Assembly (NCBI GenBank): GCA_963804165.1
Contig: CAWDPO010000041.1
Location: forward strand, 96,001 to 160,000
Reading direction: 5' to 3'
From: an uncultured delta proteobacterium
GTDB taxonomy: Bacteria; Desulfobacterota; Binatia; UBA9968
Length of the DNA stretch: 64,000 nt
Notes under the pieces: model-generated
Told to the model about the DNA's origin: nothing
Seen by the model: only the letters and a program-made list of their open reading frames with translations
The model's database searches: none
In this document: positions 58,778-64,000 of the stretch, piece after piece
Layout: the number at the start of each line of letters is the position of its first letter
Numbering within the stretch: position 1 is the first letter of the stretch
Program-made: the position numbers and the translations under genes

Positions 58778-60118
58778 TTACCCCGTAGCTAGTCCCGTAC
58801 GGTCCTCGACGCGGTGTCCTCTGGCGGACTCATTCCGCCTGTGATTGAGGCGGCTGGCGAGCTGCTTGAGTCTATTGACCTCCCGGGTGCCGAGCCGATG
58901 CAGTGTAAAGGCGGTCTTATTGTGCCAAAGCGGCTCATCGAGGTCGATCCAGCGGCGGCACTGCTCACCGTCCGGAGTCCCTGGGATAGGTGAAAATTCG
59001 GAAAGCATGACTTTGATTCCTAGCGCATGTGCCAAATGCATCGAATCCTCGACTGACTGTTCAGCATTATTTGGATGACCGACGATCAGATAGGCGTGCA
59101 GGCACGCCGCATCGGCGCCTGCGCCCATCAAGTTCGTCACCGCCCGCTCAAGTTCGTGGGAATATACTTTGCCGCCGGTCTTTTTTTGCCATGCGTAGGC
59201 GCCGCTTTCGAATCCCAGATAGAAATGGTCAAAGCCGGCGTCAACCATCAATTGCGCCAGACCGCGGTCGATGAAGCGCGCATTGAGCGCATTGGGCGTG
59301 TGAAAATTTACTCTGATGTTGCGCTGGAGCGCCGCCCTTAGGAACGGTTTGAGAATCTGCTCGGGCTGGGAGAGCAGGGCATCGTCATAGAATGCGACAT
59401 GCTCGACACCAAGTTGGTTTAAGAATTCGAGCTCGGCGATGGACTGGTTGAGCGGCCGCGCGCGAAACTTTGGGTAGACTTGCGGCACCGAACAGTAGGT
59501 GCAGCGAAACGGGCAGCCATCGGCGAGCTTGAGCACGCCGGTTCGCAACTTCGGATAGAGATCCCAAAGGGGCATCTGTCGATCGTCCGGCGCGATTTCC
59601 AGAAATCGCCACAGCGGAACAAGATCCGTTCCTTCGAGGACGAAATCAACGCCAAGCGCTCTGGCATGCGGCGCGCAAACTGTGGCGTACACGCCGCCGA
59701 GGACAATTTTGGTTTTTGGCGAAAAGGCACGAAGATCATCGATGATCTCCCGAACACCGGGATACCAATAGGTCATGACGGTTTGCACCAGGACAAAGTC
59801 GAAGGGCGCCTGACTGGCGAGAAAATTTTGGAACTCGGCTCGCGGCAGACCGAAACGGCGAAAATGTCGCGGAATCTCCGCGAAGATCGTCGGCTTAGCC
59901 ACAATCTCGGAGTAAAATTCACCCCGTCCCCAGCGGTCGGTCCGATAATTTCCCGGCGGCACTCGCAGATCGAGGCGGTCGAGGAAATCGAACAGGCTGA
60001 AGTCGGCTTGCCCGCGCAGAAAACCGGCCACGCGCAACAGGCCGTACGGCTTCAGCCAGAAATCATATGCGGAGAAATCGTAAACCGGCGGGTTGACGAG
60101 AAGGATACGCGGCTTCAT
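58778..60118 (-). CDS. B12-binding-domain radical SAM protein
   Basis: ILLVNPP, IVLGGVYAT, GCPFRCTYC, FYDDAL. Confidence 0.9.
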   Translation of the reverse strand: MKPRILLVNPPVYDFSAYDFWLKPYGLLRVAGFLRGQADFSLFDFLDRLDLRVPPGNYRTDRWGRGEFYSEIVAKPTIFAEIPRHFRRFGLPRAEFQNFLASQAPFDFVLVQTVMTYWYPGVREIIDDLRAFSPKTKIVLGGVYATVCAPHARALGVDFVLEGTDLVPLWRFLEIAPDDRQMPLWDLYPKLRTGVLKLADGCPFRCTYCSVPQVYPKFRARPLNQSIAELEFLNQLGVEHVAFYDDALLSQPEQILKPFLRAALQRNIRVNFHTPNALNARFIDRGLAQLMVDAGFDHFYLGFESGAYAWQKKTGGKVYSHELERAVTNLMGAGADAACLHAYLIVGHPNNAEQSVEDSMHLAHALGIKVMLSEFSPIPGTPDGEQCRRWIDLDEPLWHNKTAFTLHRLGTREVNRLKQLASRLNHRRNESARGHRVEDRTGLATG

Positions 60119-60140
60119 GCGAATGCGCTACCGCCAAGCT

Positions 60141-61073
60141 TCATAACAGTTCGTGCCACAGATGACTGAACTCGGTGGCGACAACTTGCGTGTAAGGCAC
60201 CGGACCGGTGAGTAGCCCGATATCCTTGGCGAAGCGATTCATGCTGGCAACTTTTTCTTCGGAAATGCGCGGATCATAGTAGGGAAGATCGCGCCGCACC
60301 AGCTCGGCGATCAGCTCTGCTTCAGGCGGCGGAAAGCGCTTCCTGCCGACTTCGGTTGCGCGGCTTGGGTCTTCTTTGAGGACTTTGTGTGCCTTCATGA
60401 GTGCGCGGATGGCGGCGGTTGCGGCAGCGGATTGTTCGTGGATCAGCTTATCCGTGGCGACCAGCGCCGAAAACGTATAATCCCGCGCCCCAGTCGGACC
60501 GTCGCCCCGGCGCACATCCAACACCATGGTGCCGATGCCGCGACGCAGTGCGACCTCGCAACCCATACCATTGGCCCAAAAGCCGTCGAGCTTGCCGTCT
60601 TCGAGTGCTTTGGCTGCGGAGAGTCCAAACGAGACGTTGGGGCCGCTAGCGCCGGGAATGGGAATAATTTGCACGTTATTTTCTTCCGGATCGATCCCCG
60701 CTTCGACGAGCATTCGCTGCAAACTCAAATTCACTCCAGGCGCGGCGCCGATGCGCAGCCCTTTAACGACGCTCAAATCGCCACGCTTGGGATGCAGATC
60801 ACTGCGGATGACCAAAAACCAGTAGGTATGCTGGCCGCAGGCGGCGAGCAACTTTGCGCCGCGCCACTCCGGGAAGGCAAGCAGCGTGGCGTGTGCCGAG
60901 CCGACGACAAAATCAAGCTCGCTATCACGCAATGCTTCGAAGGTTTTCGGAATGGGAAACAACAAATCGACCGAAGCGTCGAACCCTTCTTCCTTAAAAA
61001 ACCCCAATTCGACTGCGGCGATGATAGGAAAATAAGAGTTCGATACCAAATCCGGAACCGCGATGCGAAGCAT
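60141..61073 (-). CDS. NMT1/THI5-like SBP-fold protein without signal peptide
   Basis: MLRIAVPDLVSNSYFP, GFFKEEG, KGLRIGAAPG. Confidence 0.85.
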   Translation of the reverse strand: MLRIAVPDLVSNSYFPIIAAVELGFFKEEGFDASVDLLFPIPKTFEALRDSELDFVVGSAHATLLAFPEWRGAKLLAACGQHTYWFLVIRSDLHPKRGDLSVVKGLRIGAAPGVNLSLQRMLVEAGIDPEENNVQIIPIPGASGPNVSFGLSAAKALEDGKLDGFWANGMGCEVALRRGIGTMVLDVRRGDGPTGARDYTFSALVATDKLIHEQSAAATAAIRALMKAHKVLKEDPSRATEVGRKRFPPPEAELIAELVRRDLPYYDPRISEEKVASMNRFAKDIGLLTGPVPYTQVVATEFSHLWHELL

Positions 61074-61112
61074 GGTTACTCCCAAGTAACAATTTTAGGC
61101 GTCTTTAAATGA

Positions 61113-61180
61113 CTGGAACGATTGGAACTGCTGGAACGTCTGGAACTGTTCCAATCGTTCCAAAAGTTCCAGCAGTTCCA
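61113..61180. repeat. Tandem 9-mer (TGGAAC core) array with inverted array
   Basis: Four TGGAAC units then four GTTCCA units, forming a long imperfect hairpin. Confidence 0.85.
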
Positions 61181-61214
61181 AAAAACTAGATCGAGCATGA
61201 AGATGCCAATGAAA

Positions 61215-61565
61215 TCAGTCCGCCAATGGCACGGTCATGAAAATATGCGGCTCGTTGCCGAGCACGCGTGAGACATGCCCTTCGCCGGTGATATCGTCGG
61301 CGAGCATCACGTCTCCGGTCCTGAAGATTCGTCTAACGCCGTTGCTGGCTTCGATCTCCCAAGCGCCGGACAGAGTCACGAGGTACTGGCGGCGGGGCGC
61401 CGGGTGGCGTTCGATAACGAGCCCTGCCGGGGCGCTGCGAAAAACCGCGCTGGTCGCGACGCGCGAGTCCGTTGTCAGCATCGGTTGATTGCCGGCAAAT
61501 TTCAGCTCTATCTCCTCGAAGTGAGATTTTTGGTCGCTGCCGGTATAAAGCCGGGCGATTTTCAT
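61215..61565 (-). CDS. Small cupin-like protein
   Basis: RLYTGSDQKSHFE, HPAPRRQ, DDITGEGH. Confidence 0.85.
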   Translation of the reverse strand: MKIARLYTGSDQKSHFEEIELKFAGNQPMLTTDSRVATSAVFRSAPAGLVIERHPAPRRQYLVTLSGAWEIEASNGVRRIFRTGDVMLADDITGEGHVSRVLGNEPHIFMTVPLAD

Positions 61566-61629
61566 TTGTTCCTCCAATCGTTTCGAATTTGGGCACGAAA
61601 CTTGGAATGATTCAGCGGCCGGGTGAATC

Positions 61630-62274
61630 TCATAATGGAGTTTGTCTTCGATCCATTGCCTGATGCCATTTCATTTCAGCATCTTTGCCAAAGATCAAAG
61701 CCTTGTCGGCCGGAATTACGAACCAGCCATTGTTCTTGATTTCGGCCTCGAGTTGTCCCGGCGCCCAGCCGGCATAGCCGAGCATGATCAGGGATTGTCT
61801 TGGTCCTTTCCCCGCAGCGATCGCCTCGATCATCTTGATGTCCGAAGTCATGGCGATTCCATCTTTCACTTTCGTTGAGGTTTCCAGCTTGACGTCGTCG
61901 CTGTGCAGCACAAATCCTTGCAGACTGCTCACCGGTCCGCCGTAGTGGATGACAACCTCGCGTTTGGAACCCTTTGCCGCCGCGCCGAATCCCTTGAGCA
62001 GATCGTCAATGGGACCTTTAGCCAAAGGGCGATTGATGACCAGCCCTAGAGTGCCTTCGGAGTCGTGTTTGACCATGTAGATAACGGTCTCGACGAAGCG
62101 CGGATCGGTCATTTCCTCGGTGGCAACCAACAGTTGCCCGGCAAATTCGGCCTCGGTTTCCGCGGCCATCGGTACATGCCGTAGCAAAAGCAGGCATGCG
62201 AGGACTGCGAGCGCGCGTATCGAAATTGTAGAATAAAATCTGGCGGAGCGATCCTGATTGGAGATCCACTTCAT
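61630..62274 (-). CDS. yqgE: YqgE/AlgH (DUF179) family
   Basis: GQLLVA..MTDPRF, GLVINRP, YGGPV, GYAGWAPGQLEAEI. Confidence 0.9.
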   Translation of the reverse strand: MKWISNQDRSARFYSTISIRALAVLACLLLLRHVPMAAETEAEFAGQLLVATEEMTDPRFVETVIYMVKHDSEGTLGLVINRPLAKGPIDDLLKGFGAAAKGSKREVVIHYGGPVSSLQGFVLHSDDVKLETSTKVKDGIAMTSDIKMIEAIAAGKGPRQSLIMLGYAGWAPGQLEAEIKNNGWFVIPADKALIFGKDAEMKWHQAMDRRQTPL

Positions 62275-62295
62275 GAAAGTTGATGTTCGCCAGAT

Positions 62296-62727
62296 TCAGC
62301 CGCGTACCTTAGGTCCGACGCTTTCGATATTGATCCGAATGATGACGCGCTTCTCGCGCGCCATGCGCTCGTGAAATTCCGGCCAGCTCTTGTGCTCGCC
62401 GTAGACTTGGCGCTGCAGATAGATAAGTATGTCGAGCGCGTGAGGTAGAGAAATGATCTCTGCGGCACCATTGATCTGCACCCAACCTTCGCCGTGAAAA
62501 GAAGCGGTGATGGCGCACAGCGCGGCGCGCGGATCGCGCCTTAAGTTATTAACCTTGTAAGCGGTCTCTCGGCTGCTGATAATCGCTCTGCCTGCGCTAT
62601 CCAGACCGACCGTTACCGGCGACATCTGCAGGTTGCCGTTCTTGCGCTGCGTCGCCAGAATGCCCCAGTGATGCTTTTGTAAGAATTCCTTAGCTATTTC
62701 GATCTCGACCGCAATAAATTCCGCCAT
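62296..62727 (-). CDS. PPOX-class (putative F420-dependent) oxidoreductase
   Basis: LATQRKNG..QMSPV, KVNNLRRDPRA, EKRVII. Confidence 0.88.
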   Translation of the reverse strand: MAEFIAVEIEIAKEFLQKHHWGILATQRKNGNLQMSPVTVGLDSAGRAIISSRETAYKVNNLRRDPRAALCAITASFHGEGWVQINGAAEIISLPHALDILIYLQRQVYGEHKSWPEFHERMAREKRVIIRINIESVGPKVRG

Positions 62728-62900
62728 TGCTCATGCACCTCAAAAGATCGACTCGAATGTGACTGAAACGATCTTCGACACTAGAATACAGGTCGAGCCG
62801 TTTGCAAGAGCCTCTCGTATTCCTTGGCGCGTTTACGACCTCTTCGCCTTGACCGGTTACCTTCCTTGCCCTATAACGAAAGCATAAAGAGGAACAACGG

Positions 62901-63590
62901 ATGGCGATGACGGTTCCACAGATGACGCTGCCTGAAATTTTGCCGGTGTTTCCGCTAACCGGCGTGATGCTGCTTCCGGGTACGGTGCTGCCGCTGCACA
63001 TTTTCGAGCCGCGTTATCGCGCCATGGTCGAAGACGCGATCGAAGCTGACAAAATTTTTGGCATGATCCAACCCTACGTCCCGCAAGACGATAACCGGGG
63101 GCCGCAACCGGGCGCAGAAAACTCGGCTCCTGATTTATATAAGGTCGGCTGTGCGGGTTATATCGAGCAATGGGAAAAACTGCCGGACGGCAGATTTTTT
63201 GTTCAGGTTAAGGGCGTCAACCGATTTCGCATCTCCGAAGAGGTGGCGCTGCAGCGCGGTTACCGTCGCATCAAAGCGGTGTATCAAGCGTTTGACGATG
63301 CAGCCGGTGAGCAAAACTGGCGATGTGACCGGCCGGCGGTACTGCAGGCGCTCGCCACCTATGGCAAAGCTCACGGTATGCAAGTCCGGTCGGAACAAGC
63401 AGAAAAATTTTCCGACCTGGAATTAGTGAATCTTCTCAGCGTGTCATTGCCGTTTCATCCGGCGGAAAAACAGGCGCTGCTGGAAGCGCCCGGCCTGAAA
63501 GACCGCGAGCTCATGCTGGTCAATTTGCTGCAGCTGGACGCCGAACCGGTAGACCTCACCGCCGACACACCGCCGCGAACGCTTAATTAA
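62901..63590 (+). CDS. LON peptidase substrate-binding (N) domain protein
   Basis: LPVFPL..VMLLPG..LPLHIFEPRY, EKQALLEA. Confidence 0.9.
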   Translation: MAMTVPQMTLPEILPVFPLTGVMLLPGTVLPLHIFEPRYRAMVEDAIEADKIFGMIQPYVPQDDNRGPQPGAENSAPDLYKVGCAGYIEQWEKLPDGRFFVQVKGVNRFRISEEVALQRGYRRIKAVYQAFDDAAGEQNWRCDRPAVLQALATYGKAHGMQVRSEQAEKFSDLELVNLLSVSLPFHPAEKQALLEAPGLKDRELMLVNLLQLDAEPVDLTADTPPRTLN

Positions 63591-63866
63591 CCCGCAGGCC
63601 CTTCCCTCTATTTGTAAACGATCGGAAAAATATTTTCATTCGCCTCACGCCGCGTGCATCGGCCTACAATTCAGAGATGGAATTGAACAGAGCAGTAATT
63701 CGGCAATCTCCAATTTCTAATCGGGCTGGACTTTCAGTTTGCCAACTAATCGCCCGACCTCAGCGCGTTTTAGGTTACTCTTCTTCAAGGAAAACCCTAG
63801 AGTTCGCCTCTAAAATTATCTAAAATTGCCCCTTCCAGCCCACCGGCCGGGTGGAGGTTGTGAATA

Positions 63867-64000
63867 ATGGCTAAGAAGATATCCACAAAGCTTGAGAAAC
63901 ACGGTCATACGCGGGTGGATGATTATTATTGGCTGCGCGAGCGGGAAAGCGCGGAGGTTATCAGTTACCTGAATATCGAAAACGAGCGCGCCGCCAAGGA
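63867..64000 (+). CDS. ptrB: Oligopeptidase B (S9A), N-terminus only (runs off window)
   Basis: RBS GGAGG; manual translation MAKKISTKLEKHGHTRVDDYYWLRERESAEVISYLNIEN. Confidence 0.85.
   Translation, partial: MAKKISTKLEKHGHTRVDDYYWLRERESAEVISYLNIENERAAK

Noticed and set aside
20683-61180. Short repeat arrays as CRISPR
   Set aside because: Units are 7-9 nt with no unique spacers, and there are no cas genes

Overview
GC-rich bacterial chromosomal window with no rRNA, tRNA, CRISPR array or prophage that I can support. It is dominated by catabolic and transport genes: 6 amidohydrolases, 7 solute-binding proteins with no permease or ATPase in the window, 4 MFS transporters, a Rieske oxygenase beside a PhtD-like decarboxylase, and 2 Cys-less racemase-fold proteins. 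This content resembles Candidatus Binatia or related soil delta-proteobacteria (inference). Also present: a partial IS110 transposase (missed by the ORF track) apparently inserted in a REP palindrome, a topoisomerase VI A/B pair, an HK-RR-adenylate cyclase module, gor, an ECF sigma/anti-sigma pair and the start of ptrB. About a dozen genes carry small frameshifts, most likely long-read indel errors. The most interesting signals are non-coding: two long, densely base-paired intergenic regions with no recognisable protein (about 30940-31345 on +, with an A-tract/TTGACA upstream and its own terminator; about 51490-52165, probably on -). They look like large structured ncRNAs and match no family I can recognise. 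Three smaller structured leaders also occur. All helices were found by eye; no folding or database searches were run.
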